Shown here: positions 24,143-37,339 of the stretch, in pieces
Layout of the letters: every line of letters starts with the position of its first letter
Position numbering within the stretch: position 1 is the stretch's first letter
From: Basidiobolus meristosporus CBS 931.73
Lineage: Eukaryota; Fungi; Basidiobolomycota
Direction of reading: 5' to 3'
Length of the DNA stretch: 64,000 nucleotides
Assembly: GCA_002104905.1 (NCBI GenBank)
Contig: MCFE01000064.1
Span: 127,283 to 191,282, forward strand
Notes under the pieces: generated by a model
What the model saw: the letters and a program-made list of their open reading frames with translations, nothing else
Databases searched by the model: none
What the model was told of the DNA's origin: nothing
Translations under genes and position numbers: made by a program

Positions 24143-27100
24143 TGTTGTAAGAGTCTTGGAGATATTGGAAGCAAATTGGGAGGACAAGTGGATTATGTGG
24201 TTTTCACTTGATGATTAATTGAATTTAAAAGCAGTATTTATACTTTTACATGGTCTTGGCATAGCAAACTCATTGAATAGGTTAAGGAAGGTCCTAAAAG
24301 CATGTGCGCAAAGTTTGGGGCTGTTTGGACAACTCTGAGAATTTTCATTTTCTGGTAAATATTCCAACTATTTCCCAACAAGGAATATGGGCAGTATTCT
24401 CTATGATTTGAAGGTAATGATCTATGCAACTCAGTTAGGTAAATATTTAGGTGGAATTCCAAGTTTTTTCAACACTCCCACTCAGCTAAATGCTCATACT
24501 GACTAGTATTAATTTTGGTCTAAGATATTCAAACTTGTCTTTAGCTACTGGTTTGGTAAATATGTCTGCAATCATTTCATTTGAAGGACAGTAAGCCAAG
24601 CTAACTAAGCTATTCTCTATAGCTTCACTTATGAAATGATGTCTAGTATCTATGTGCTTAGTTCTAGCATGAAAAGTTGGATTTCTACCTAATTGTATGA
24701 TTCCTTGATTATCTTGAAGTAAAGTAATAGATGTTTTTGACATAGGCCTAAATCTGTAAAAAGCTTTCTTAGCCACATTACTTCTATTGTAGCTTCACAG
24801 GCTACCATATACTCTGCCTCTGTGGTGGAAAGTGCTACAGTTGGTTGCTTTCTTGAATTCCATGAAATTGCTCCTTTACAGTAAAGAAAGGTTTATCCTG
24901 TGGTGGATCTTCTGTCTTCTAAATTTTGTCCCCAACCAACATCACAGTATCCCACAAGATCCTGTTCTGAATCCTTATAAGTGTATCTTAAGCAGATATC
25001 AGCAGTTCCTTTTAGATATCTAAAAATCTGCTTAATTGCTGCAATATGATCAGATCCATGGTTCTGATTATTCTGGCTGACCACTCCCACAAAATATGAG
25101 TTATCTAGACATGTTCCAAGCATGATACACATGAGACTGCTCTTGGTGATTGTTTGAGACCATATAGAGATTTTTGAAGCTTGCAGATCAAATGGGGGTT
25201 ATCTAGGTCAACAAGCCCATCAGGCTGGTACATATACAGGTCCTCATCAAGTTCTCCATTCAAAAATGCAGCTTTACATCCATTTGATTTATAAAAAACT
25301 TATATTTGGCTGCAATAGCCAATATCAATCTGATGGAATTAAACTTGGCTACTGGTGTAAAAGTCTCTGTATAGTCAAGTCCTCTTGTTTGAGAGTATCC
25401 TTTGGCCATAAGTCTTGCTCTGTGTCTTTCAATTGTGCCACCAGCCTTGTACTTTGTCTTAAAGACCCATTTGCATCCAATTGATTTTTAGTTGATTGGT
25501 CATTGGACCAAGTCCCAAGTTTGATTTTCCATCATGGCCTGATATTGCTCAGTCATTGCAGGTCTCCAAAACCATGTCTGAGGGCTATTTAGGGCCTCTT
25601 TTACAGTCTGGGGCTCATCAATATGGTCTGAAGAGGCATAGGCTAAGTTTGTACCCTCCTTGATATAGTAATTTGGGCTATTTCTTGTCTGGTTAGATCT
25701 CCAGGCATTTGATACTAAAATGATCACTTTGGGGATATTCTGGGCACTGCTTCAGACTGAACTGCAGTTGTAGAGTCCTCTGGAGTGAGAATGCTCTCAT
25801 TGTTTTGCTCTGAGTCAATCCTGACTATTGGTGGACTTGAGATCAAGTTTTTGTGATCAGATGTCATTTTTTGTGAGAATTTTGAATTTTCATCAGACAA
25901 CACATCCCTGGACCTGCTCAGCTTCTTTGCTTTGATATTGTAGAGTCTGTATGCCTTACTCTCATTGCAGTTGCCCAAAAATATGAGTTTTACACTTTTT
26001 GGTTCAAATCTGACTGATTTCCAGACAGTTTCTTGGCACATGCTGTACACCCAAATATTCTTAGATGTTCTGCACTTGGTCTGTGTCCATACCATGCTTC
26101 AAATGGAGTAGAATCACAAAGTACTCTGTTATAAATCCTGTTCTCAAGGTATACAGCTGTGGCAACTGATTCTGCCCAAAAAGCATAAAATAATTTTTGA
26201 CCATGGATCATTGATCTTGCCACATCAATTATTAGTCTGTTTGCACATTCTGCTACTCCATTTTGCTGTGGGGAGTAGGGTACAGTAGTCTCTTGCTTTA
26301 TCCCATGAATTTTGCAGATGTGGAGGAAGATCTTTTAAGTTATATTCTCCATCATTGTCTGAGCATATTTTCTTGATTTTTCACTAGTTTCTCTCTCCAT
26401 CATGGCTATAAACTCCCTGGACAGAGCTTCTTCCTTTCTCTCCATGAAGTAGACCTACATGTATCTTTTATAGTCATCAACAAAGATGATTAAATACTTC
26501 ATCCTGCTTAATGATGAATTTTGCATAAGTCCACACAGATCTGGGTGAATTAGATCCAATTTCTCTTAGCTTTGATTAACCCAGAGCTCTTGAACAGTTG
26601 TCTGGCTTGTTTCCCTTATATTCAGGCTTCACAGTGCTCCAAACTAGCTGGGGGAGCAATTTTTACTCTGGAAGTTAGCTGATATTGGATCATTTTGCAC
26701 AAATAATCAATATTGATGTGTCCGAATTACCTCTGCCAAAGCATTGGTGTTTCTTCATTCAAGTTTCTTATATTGGCTTCCATATATGATGGAATATAAG
26801 TCAACTTGTATCAATTCTGATATCTGATACCCAAAGCAATATGGGCACCATTTTGATCAGTGATCCCACATACACAATTGTCAAAGCTGACACTGAGTCC
26901 TTCTGCAGTGGCCTTGCTTACAGATAGAAGATTCTTGGCAATTCCTGGTACTTAGAGTACTGCTGAGAAGGTCAGTGTATGGCTTCCTTCACTGCCCCTA
27001 AGGTATACTTGGATAGTTCCTTCTCCTACTGCATCAAGTGGTTTATTGCCACCCATAAAAACTTTCATAATTGGAATTTCTTGATATTGGGTAAAAAGTT

Positions 27101-28706
27101 CTTTTTGGTGTGTAAAGTGTTGAGATGCTCTGGAATCAATATACCACATCTGAGATTACATGATTGTGGTCATATTTAGTGTAGATACAAATAGTCTATC
27201 ATCTGATGTTGCAACATTTCCATATTCAGGCTTCTTTTGCTGATTATCTCTCTTTTTGCAATACCAATCTTGTGTGTGTCCTTTCCTTTTACAGTAGTTG
27301 CAAAACAGGTTGCTGTTGCCTTTGTAGTGTCTTGGGTACCTCCTTTGTTGGTTGTCATTGCTTATTATAGCATTTTCTGTTGTAAAATTTACAATCCACC
27401 TAAATATTCACCAAACTTAGTCATTTCAATCAGTACCTTCAAATCCTAGAGAGTACTCAACATATTCCTTGTTGGGATTTACTTGGAATATTTTCACCAA
27501 AACACCAGGTACCAAGAACATGAAAATTCTCAAAGTTGTCCAAACAGCTTCAAACTTTGCACACATGCTCTTGGTACCTTCCTTAACCTATTCCACATGT
27601 TTGTTATGGCCAAGACCATGTAGAAGTATAATTGCCACTTTTACATTCAATAAATCATTAAGTGAAAACCACGTAATCTACTTGTCCTTACAAATCACTT
27701 CCAATATCATCAAGATTCTTACAAGATTTTCCTCTTCCTTCTTAGTGGCAATTTATTTTCTTAATTCTTCATCCTGGAGCCTGCAATATATGTAATTATG
27801 GTCAAATCTTTGGCTCTAGACCCCAGGGCTGATGCAAGGCCCTGAAACCAGTCTATCAGACTATTCAGGATGGTTGCTATCACATCCTCATCAGTAGTGG
27901 GTATAGCCACAGATTCCCTCTCATCCACCAGCAGGGTAATTCTGTTAATTAGAATTTATATTTTTTCTGCAGGCAGCATCTTTGTAGTAAAAATTTCTGT
28001 CCAAGATAAGTTCTCTTGGCAGCTGAACATGACTGATAGGTGTCTTCTAATGCCTTCCAGGCATTCTTTGCTGCTTTGCTCTTGCACATTGAATTTGCAA
28101 TTTGTCTTTGACATTAATGCAAATGCAGTTAAAGGCACATTGTTCTATCTTCTGGTACTTTAAGGATTCCTCTCCCACGTTGTTAGGAGGGCATTTGTCT
28201 CCTATAACAATATCCCAAAAGCCTCTTTCTGTAGCAGCATCTTCATCTTCACCTTCCACACTTGGTAGTTAGAACCATGTAACTTTTCTGCAGAGGGAAA
28301 AGTTCCAGTAATAGCAGTAGTGGACATTACAGAGAGTGATAGCTTGGGGCTCATAACCTTTTGTAAGAATCTTGGAGATATTGGAAGTGATTGGGAGAAC
28401 AAGTAAATTATGTGGTTTGCACTTAATGATTTATTGAATGTAAAAATACTATTTATACTTTATATAGTCTTGCCATTTCAAACACAAAGAATAGGCTAAG
28501 GAAGGTCCCAAGAAAACATGTGCAAAGCTTGGGGCTGTTTGGACAACTTTGAGAATTTTCATGTTCTGGGTGCCTGGAATTTTGGTGAAAATATTCTAAT
28601 TAAGTCCCAACAAGGAATTTGATCAGTATTCTCTGGGACCTGAAGGTAATGATCTAAGTGACCAAGTTGGGTGAGTATTTAGGTGAAATTGCAAATCTTT
28701 ACAACA
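24143..28706 (-). mobile_element. Degenerate full-length Ty1/copia inserted antisense into the older copy
   Basis: LTRs 24143-24474 and 28359-28706; PBS GGTTATGAGCCCC; PPT TGAGTGGGAG; flanks TCAAT/ACAAT (4 of 5 match); many stops and frameshifts. Confidence 0.9.
27378..27726 (+). mobile_element. Solo copia LTR inserted in gag of the 24143-28706 element
   Basis: TSD TTTTC at 27373-27377 and 27727-27731; 349 bp. Confidence 0.9.
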
Positions 28707-30569
28707 ACAATTACCCTGTTGGAAGATGCAATGTAATCTGTGGGGATAAAAGATACTACCAAAGATGTGGTAGTTTCCCTCCTGAATAGTCTGACAGACA
28801 AGTTACTGCAAGGCATTTATATCATTCATATAGTTCAGAACTGAGGATTTGACCTTAAATTATGTCTATGAAAGGCCTCTGGATGAGGAATCAAAAATAT
28901 CAAGTGCCACCAAGAAGGAAGAAAAAAAAGCTTTAATAAGTAATAATGACCATAAGAGTGTTGTTAAAATTTGTAATCACACATAAATACTGACCTGGCT
29001 AGTCACTTAGATCATCACCTACATATCTAAGAGTATACTGACCAACTACCTTGTTAGGATTTACTTAATGTAGTAGCACCAAAACATCCAATACCCAGAA
29101 CATGAAGTTTTGAGAAGTTGTCCAAGCAGCCCCTAGCTTTGTATACATGCTCTTGGGACCTTCCTAAGCATATTTGGTATGTTTGTTATGCCAAGATCAT
29201 GTAAAAGTATAATTTCTACTCTTACATTAATAAATCATTAAGTGAAAGCAAGATAATCTACTTGTTCTCCCAATTGACTCAAATACCTCCAAAACTCTTA
29301 CAGCATTAAGAAGGTTAGCATGGGAGACAGTTAAACTCTTGATGCAGCTGGACAGGGAGCTAACCAAGCAAACCTCCAAAGAAATGAAGGAAGGCACACA
29401 CTTATCTTCAAAGATGTATTCCATATATCAGAAATAGACAAGATTGTATTAGCCATAGCTTGGGCCACCACAGAAGGACTCAGCTGCAGAATAGACAATT
29501 CTGAAAGCAGGCCCACTGATATAGTGATACCTGTATTCCCTTTGAGTACTAGAGATTGAAATTTACACCAGTTTACTGAAGTTTTGTCATATATGGAAGC
29601 CCATATAGGTAACTTAAATGAAGAGGCACCAATGCTTTGGCACCAGAGATTTGAACTAACCAGCAGTATCAATTATTGCAAAATGATCAAAAATCAGCCA
29701 ATTTTCAGAGTAAAGCTGATCCCAGAGCAAACTTATGCACAATTTATCCTTAAATAGAAAGAAGTATTTATTCACATATGTTGATGATGATGCATCATAT
29801 ATATGGGCCTACTTCACACAGTGAAAGAAAGAATCTCTGTCTAGGCTTAGGGAGCTTCAGGCCTAGGCTGAAAGAGAAACTGGCCAGAAATCATGAACAT
29901 CTACACTGAAAATGATGGAGAATATACCTCAAAGATTCTCATCCACTCCTGAAAAATTAATAGAATCAAGCAAGATATTACAGCACCATACTCCCCACAG
30001 CAAAACAGATTATCAGGCCATGCAAAACCACCAATAACTGGTATGGCAAGATCTATGATCTATGATAAAAAATATCCTAAAATTTTGGACAAAGTCAGTT
30101 TCTACAGCTGTATTTCTTAAACATAGGAGTTGTAACAGAATAATTATAATTATACACTGTTGATGGATTGGTATAGATACAAATCAAGTGCAGAGTACCT
30201 AAGAATATATGTTTGCATAATATATGCCAAAACATCACCTAGGAACAAGTAAAACTTGAGCCAAATGGTGTCAGAGCATGTCTTGAGCTACTTAAATGAG
30301 AGTAAGGCATACAAACTCAACAGTGCCAAGGTATAAAAGCTAATCAAGTCCAGGGATGTGTTAATTATTGAAACTTCAGAATTCTCACAAATCACAACAT
30401 TGGAAGATGGCAAATATCCACTCTCAAGTCTGCCAATAGTCAGGATTAAATCACAGCAAAAGAGTGCAGTTTCTGCACTCCAGAGGACTTTGACATTGTG
30501 GTTCAGCCTGAATCAGTGTCTTTAAATACTTCAGGAGTGCTTGTTCCAGTCTCATCAGGCAGAAAATCC

Positions 30570-31600
30570 AACTGAAATAGAACAAGTAGATTATGTAGTT
30601 TTCACTCTATGATTCTTAGAATGTTAAAGTAAGATTTATACTTCTATACAGTGATGGAGGAACAGACACATGGAATAAGCTTAGATATTTCCTAAGAGAG
30701 ATTGTGTTAAGTTTGGGACTGTTTAAACAACAAATCAAAACTTCATGTTCTGGATACCTGATGTTTTGGTGAGAGATATTCAAAGGGAATCCCAACAAGG
30801 AATTTGGTTAGAACTCTCCAAGACTTGCAGATAATGAATGAAGTGACTAGGTTGGATGGATATCTAGGTGATATTATAAAACTTACAATGTGATCCATCC
30901 TGCTTTTCAGCAGAGGGAGAGTTTCTTGTAATAACAGTGATAGAGATTCCAGAGAGTGCCTGCTTGGAGCTCATAAGCTTTTGCAGGAGTTTTGGAGATA
31001 TTGAAGGTGGCAGGGTAGACAAGTGGATTATGTGGTCTCACTTAATGGCTAATTGAATATAAGGGTAGTATTCATACTTTTAGATGATATTGGCAGAGCA
31101 ATCCCTATGTGAGGTCTGAAAGTTGGAGCTCATTGAGTTTTTAGCTTTTATTTTGCTGACATTCTTATAGAATTCTGCTGGTATTCAGTTGGTGTTTCCG
31201 CTCCAAATTTTCATTTGCAATTTTGGTGGAAGTAATGGGTAGCTGATTACCAAGTTTGGTATGAATGCTAGTTGGTCTGGTCTCCCCTGCAAAGGATATC
31301 TGCTTGTCTGCTGTGTAGCTATTACCTGAGATATTGAGAGTTGCCACTTTTGGGAAAGACAGAATTCAGCTAATATTAAAATGGTGCTCTGCTGGCCTTT
31401 GTTAATTTTTTTCTTGGGGAATGTGAAGAGTATGTAGAAAAGGTTCTAGGAATATGTATGCAAAGTATGGGCTGTTTAGAAAACTTTGAGGTACTTTATG
31501 TTCTGGTTACCAGATATTATGGTGAGCCTATTACAAGTAAATCCTGACAAGAAATTTGGGCAGAATTTAGGTGCAATCATAAAATTTACTACAACTGGGT
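30570..31600 (-). mobile_element. Degenerate copia LTR pieces plus the unclassified repeat
   Basis: LTR-like blocks near 30590-30890, 30960-31090 and 31430-31590. Confidence 0.65.
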
Positions 31601-32159
31601 GTACCAGTAGAGTATCATTGGAATACCATAGGTTAGCCAGATAAGCATTGTATGAAGTACGAGGTTGAAAACTTTCACAAGGCTGTATTGATTATGCACC
31701 ACTTGAAGAAGTTTCATGAACTGATTTACAATGATCATCTCTCATGAGGTATCAAAGCAAATACTACTACCTAATCCATACAGGCCAAATACAGGCAGCC
31801 ATTTATGTGGTAGGTACACAGGCCATCTTTGAACTAGAGAGTAGGAATATAAACTCGAATATAGAAGAGGGCAATGAGATTAGCTAGAGTGTTCAGTCCC
31901 CTTCACATTGCTAATCCCGCCATGGTATATATTTTATTATATTCTACCCTGTTAAAATTTTTGGCTAGTTGATCGTACGTGGTTTAGTCAGTTTAGTTTT
32001 CCATCAAGCAGGTCATCGTGAGTGTTGGTTGCAAATGGAACTACAGATACTTTCCAAATCTATTCCGCGGTTTAGAATGTAGAAAATAGGCCAGATGTGC
32101 CCCCAATTAAGAACGGCTAGCCTTTAAACCAGATGCTTGCTATCCACCCAAAAGTCCCC

Positions 32160-33400
32160 ATTCTACTAGTGCTGGCCCCATATTGTTGATCGTTGTGCTA
32201 CGCCTGCCTCTTTATCAATAGTCAGTGCGGTGGGAGAATTGTGCATCTATTAGGTATTCGTGTGGCTGATATGGTGGTGTCAGTAGGAGTGTGGTTTGGT
32301 GTGTGAACTTGCTTTGCATTGCTGTTGATTGCTGCTGATTACAGCCAGATCAAGAAATCATACGCTTATGGAGAATCGTCGAATAGTGCTCACTTACATC
32401 AGCATTACCTTTCAACCGTGTCAGCAGATTAGGGAATGTCGGAATCATGTCGTATATTCTCCATGACAATCTCCACACCCACACTCACGCCAGTAAACGA
32501 TCTGAATGATCCAGTGTTCAACCATTCCGCAATCCACTCTGGTTGAGGCTGTCTCTGGCTTGGTGGCGAGGGCCACATATAAAGAGCATATATCCCACCG
32601 GCTCTCTCTTTCCCCACTCTTTCCACCTTCCCACCTTCCCACCTATTAAGCAATACATCAGCCACATCATAGAACTAGTAATACCTAGCACAGATATGAA
32701 GCGATCTCCTCAAAACCCGGCTTGCGAGGTGTACTACATGCCAGTGTGTGAGGCTCTGAAGAGGAGAGAAAAGCAAAGTCGAGTTAGACGACCACCCCAC
32801 TCGAAATCAGGAGATACTGTAAGTGAAAATATTTATGGGCGAATCGCTGGTTAGTACAAAGGGCTAAACTGAGCGCCACCTAACCCCTGCAGCGTGCAAG
32901 AAGGAGAAGTAGCGCCTCCGCCACACTGAGTGAACAGGCACTAGAGTTGCTGCAGAAGGAAGCATTTATGGAACTACGAAGGCAAATCCAGGGCTACAAC
33001 GAACAACTGGTTGCACGGATGAGATATGTTGAAGCACTTCCTCTTGAGGAGCAACACTCCTGGCTTGAGGCGATTGTGCGACAAGACCAGCACATGGACG
33101 AGGATAAGGATGTTGAAATTCTCATCGAGGCCATGCAAGAGTCGGCCACAACCAAGGACTACTCGGCGATCACAGAGTGGCAGGAAAGCAGAGCATGTGA
33201 GCCCAACGAGTGGTTGAGCATATCAAGCGAAGAGTGGAGCAATTATATGCAGTAGCCATCTCAAAAAGGAGACTAGTGTAAATATTAGGCCAGTTTCAAT
33301 GAGCTGGGAGGAGAGATAGGCACCCACATGTACTGCACACCACCACCCATATATTGGTAATTATCCTTGGTAGGATTTGTAACATGCATTTTAGTTGTAA
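32160..33400 (+). repeat. Segmental duplication copy 2
   Basis: Aligns to 21250-22480, including a decayed match to the GST 3' end (ACTAGTGCTGGCCCCATA versus ACTGGTACTGGTCCCATT). Confidence 0.9.
32696..33255 (+). CDS. Small hypothetical protein, 161 aa, copy 2 (exons 32696-32818, 32893-33255)
   Basis: Same exon and intron lengths as copy 1; only a few amino-acid differences. Confidence 0.75.
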
Positions 33401-33529
33401 TTAGTTTAGAGCGATCCATTCTATTCATTCAATATTCGGACAGTCAGATAATCGCATTACTTATTAGGGGTGCTATCTACAATATAATTATAGGGTTTGA
33501 GATAAGCTATTTTCATTCCCGCAACTAGT

Positions 33530-35125
33530 CTATCGCAGGCTACGAAGTGGAATATCCTTGTGGTATGCTACGGGCTTGTTGATTTTCCCACCGCTGGGCT
33601 GAGACAGCTGAGGGTTGTTGATTTTGGAATGTGTGCGGCCATACAGTGCATAGACCATGAGCCCAACGCCAATCCACACGGCCAGATGTATGATGGTTGA
33701 TGGTGAGGTTGTCGAGAGCAGAACAATGGACAATGCAGCTCCGATAACCGGGATCACGAATGGGCCCAAGGGGATTTTGAACCTTCTTGGAGTGTCTGGA
33801 CACCTGAAGCGGAGCACAATGACTCCGATATTGACAAAGAAGAAAGCAAACAAGGTGCCTGCCGTGGTAATGTCGCTAAGCACGTCAACAGGAAACATGC
33901 CCCCTAATAGCGCACAAAGAACACCGGATAGGGTAGTTGTGAACCATGGAGTCTTGTATTTGGGGTGGATTCTGGCAGCAATCTCAGGGAACAGCCCATC
34001 CTTGGCCATGGCGTTAAAGATACGAGGTTGCCCCATCAACAGAATTAACATGATGGAGGCCAGACCGAATACAATTCCCATGCCAATAATTATACTTAGC
34101 CAAGTCATACCAGTTCTAGCAACGAGAATAGTGATAGGGGCAGCAACCCTACCAAGGGTACTGCTGTCGGTAAATGGATGCAATTCCTTGTAGGGAACAA
34201 CACCAGTCATTATGAGACAAACGCCAATGTAAAGGATGATGCATACGACCAGAGAGCCGCAGATGACAATTGGCAAGTCTCGCTGGGGATTCTTTGCTTC
34301 TTGGGCGGTCGTGGAAATGATGTCGAATCCAATATACGCAAAGAAGACTGTACTGGCGGCAGAGAACACGCCAGAAACGCCGTACCTTGCAAATCTACCC
34401 TCGTTGGGAGGTATGAATGGAGTATAGTTTGCGGGGTTGATATGCTTGATGCAGGCGAAGATGGTGAGGAGTACCACAATAACCTTGATGGAAACCATGA
34501 CGCTGTTGACTCGCGTGGATTCCCGAATACCGAAGCACAGAAGGGTCGTGATCACAAGGGAAATGACGACGGCCGGGACATTAAGATAATCGCCAGTTGT
34601 CATGAAGGAGCCGCTCTCAAACTTGATCGGGGAGTTTACCCACTTGGTGCTTATTTTATAATCAAATGCAATTTCAAGAAACGCAACCAGGTAGGCAGAC
34701 CAGGCAACAGCGGTAGTAGCAGCACCAACAAGATACTCCAAGATCAAGTCCCAGCCGATAATCCAACCGATCAGTTCGCCCATTGCTGCGTAAGTGTAGG
34801 TGTAAGCGGAGCCAGCCACGGGAATCATGGAGGCCATCTCGGAGTATGAGAGAGCCGTGAACGCAGCAGCAATCCCAGAAACAATGAAAGAGACGACAAT
34901 GGCGGGGCCAGCTTTTTCAGCGGCAGCAACTCCAGTCAACGTGAAAATGCCCGTACCAATGGTGACGCCTATTCCTACCGATGCTAAATCCATAATATCT
35001 AATGTGCGTTTCATTTCTGAGCTCGCCAGTTCGGTTTGAATCTGCTCCATGCTTTTGACTGTAAAGAGCCTCAACCACCAAGGCTTTTTTCCGGCCTCGT
35101 ACGAGACGAGCCCTTGTTTTCTCAT
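33530..35125 (-). CDS. APC-superfamily cationic/amino-acid permease P1 (531 aa)
   Basis: IGTGIF, GPA, YSEMASMIPVAGSAYTY, GWDLILEY, FFAYIGFD, EAKNPQRDLP, MGQPRIF; ~12 hydrophobic segments; intronless. Confidence 0.95.
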   Translation of the reverse strand: MRKQGLVSYEAGKKPWWLRLFTVKSMEQIQTELASSEMKRTLDIMDLASVGIGVTIGTGIFTLTGVAAAEKAGPAIVVSFIVSGIAAAFTALSYSEMASMIPVAGSAYTYTYAAMGELIGWIIGWDLILEYLVGAATTAVAWSAYLVAFLEIAFDYKISTKWVNSPIKFESGSFMTTGDYLNVPAVVISLVITTLLCFGIRESTRVNSVMVSIKVIVVLLTIFACIKHINPANYTPFIPPNEGRFARYGVSGVFSAASTVFFAYIGFDIISTTAQEAKNPQRDLPIVICGSLVVCIILYIGVCLIMTGVVPYKELHPFTDSSTLGRVAAPITILVARTGMTWLSIIIGMGIVFGLASIMLILLMGQPRIFNAMAKDGLFPEIAARIHPKYKTPWFTTTLSGVLCALLGGMFPVDVLSDITTAGTLFAFFFVNIGVIVLRFRCPDTPRRFKIPLGPFVIPVIGAALSIVLLSTTSPSTIIHLAVWIGVGLMVYALYGRTHSKINNPQLSQPSGGKINKPVAYHKDIPLRSLR

Positions 35126-35875
35126 CTGGAGTTGGAACCTTATGCAATGTGAAAATAGTACCTTCAGATGGCCGAAGAAAAGATGTTTATATACTATTAC
35201 CAATCAGGTAATCGGCTTCTCATGCTCATAAGACATGAGAAATTCTCAAGTTACACCGCTTCATCGGTTCTTTCCATTGAATTATTTATCAATCATGTGC
35301 CCTCAAATTGGTGTACTGCCATAGTGAGCGAGTTGTTGATTATTAACGTAATACTTGGTGGGGAATCCTCGTCCTTCAAACAGGTTGTCAGGACATAATT
35401 TGTAGATGGATGGTGTGTTCTTTGCTAGATTATCCTCGATATCGGGTTAATTTATTCAATGTCTTGGTCATGGTACCACAGGTAGTTTACTTTTGATATT
35501 TGGTGATAGAAATCAGTGTGAGAGTGATGCAATGCGCACGGATGTATCTTGTTAGTCAAGGAGCAGGCGAATTTGTAATGGAGTCAGTCAGGTGATGCAA
35601 AGGTTATCCATTCTCCCTAACATCCGCATCCACATCCACATCCACGCCCGCAACCACACCCACGCTCATACTCATACTCATACTCACGGTCATGGCCACA
35701 TCAATATGATTTGAATGGTTCAATCATTTCGCAGGGTCACGTATAAAGATAATGTATCCCACAAGATCTCCTTTTCACTGCTCCTTCACAAAAGCATATT
35801 ATTCTTATCAAATTGCGTAGTGCAAAGCTAACTGAAGCAACAGCCAATAATGGGTTAATCCATATGGCATTCTAC

Positions 35876-37040
35876 TAAGTATGTCAACAGGAAGCACTCC
35901 GCCAAGTAAGGCACAAAGAACACCAGAGAGGGTAGTTGTGAACCAGGGAGTCTTGTATTAGTCCATCGTTGGCCATAGTATAGAAGATACGTGGCTGACC
36001 CATCAATAGAATCAGCATGGCCGAGGCTATGCCAAAAATAGTTCCCAAGCTGACAACAAAATTCAACCAGCTCAAGCCAGTTATAGCGATGAGGATTGAG
36101 ATAGGTTTAGCGGCATTTTGTCCTGGAGATTTATAGGGAGAAGTACCAACCGCAACGAGGGAAACGGCGATGAAAGAACTATGCAAATGACCAAGGTACC
36201 ACAGATGACAATCAGCAAATTCCTCTGGGAGCTTTTTGCTCCCAGGGCCGTCGTGGAGATGATGTCTAATCTAATATACGCAACAAAACTGCACTGACGG
36301 TAGAGAACATACCGGAAACACCGTACTTCCCGAATTCACCTTCATTAGGTGGGAAGAATGGGGTGTAGTTGTCGGGGTTTATATATTTGATACAGGTGAA
36401 GATGGTAAGCAGGACCGTGAGGACATTGACGACAACCAACACGGCGTTTACTCGCGTAGATTGACGGATGTCAAAGCATAGTAGTATGGTAAACACTAAG
36501 GAAATCGCAATAGCAGGAAGGTTAAGATAGTTGCCAGTCGTTATGAAGGCCTCCCCAAAAAACGCGACTGGAGAGTTCACCCACTTGGTGCTTATTTCAC
36601 AGTTAAATGCGATTTCAAGAAACGCTATGAAATAGGCGGACCAACCAATAGAGACAGTGGCAGTACTAACCAGATATCAATCCTACCTACAATCCAAGCG
36701 ATCAATTTGCCCATTGCTGTGTAGGTGTAGGTGTAAGCGGAGCCGGCCATGGGAATCATGGAGGCCATTTCGGAGTATGAGAGAGCAATGAATCCAGTGG
36801 CGATACCAGAAACAATAAAGGTGACAACAATAGCGGGACCAGCTTTGGTAGCGGCACCGATTGCAGCCAACGTGAAAATACCCATTAGCCCCTATCCCTA
36901 CTGACATCAATTCCATGACGCCCAATGTACGCTTCATTTCGGAGTTATCCAGCTCGGTTTGAATCTGCTCCATGCTCTTGACAGCAAAGAGTCTCAACCA
37001 CCAAGGATTTTGACTATCTTGATGCCCACGCTGCTTTAGA
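35876..37040 (-). pseudogene. APC permease pseudogene P2
   Basis: Same motifs scattered over several frames (ORFs 36683-37231, 36625-36885, 36266-36580, 35884-36186); 3'-truncated. Confidence 0.9.
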
Positions 37041-37339
37041 CCGAGTAAAGACAATACTTTTATATATATGCTGTAAAGTGCTAGGTTACACAATACTTTT
37101 GAAAGATAACATAATGTGGATGTGCTTGGCAAACGAGTTCTGACACATATGAATCTCGAAAGTAGGTTTTCAAAATAAAGTTTTCTGATGAATATTGGTG
37201 ATGGTTGATTGGTAGTATAGCTTAGCTTCACTAGGACAATGTTATCGTTGAATACTCAGCTTTGCTAGGGCAATGTCGTTGAATACCTGATAATATTCTT
37301 TACAATTTACCAATGGATGAGATTACAGGATTGCTCGTT

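Larger units (their letters stand above)
23385..30560 (+). mobile_element. Old degenerate copia element hosting nested insertions
   Basis: LTR ~23385-23722, degenerate PBS GGCTATGAGCTCC, gag to 24142, gag resumes at 28707, LTR 28959-29305, deleted integrase remnants 29310-30540. Confidence 0.75.

Noticed and set aside
28959-29305. LTR as an independent solo insertion
   Set aside because: Flanks AAGAG and TTAAG do not form a TSD, so it is listed only as part of the degenerate cluster
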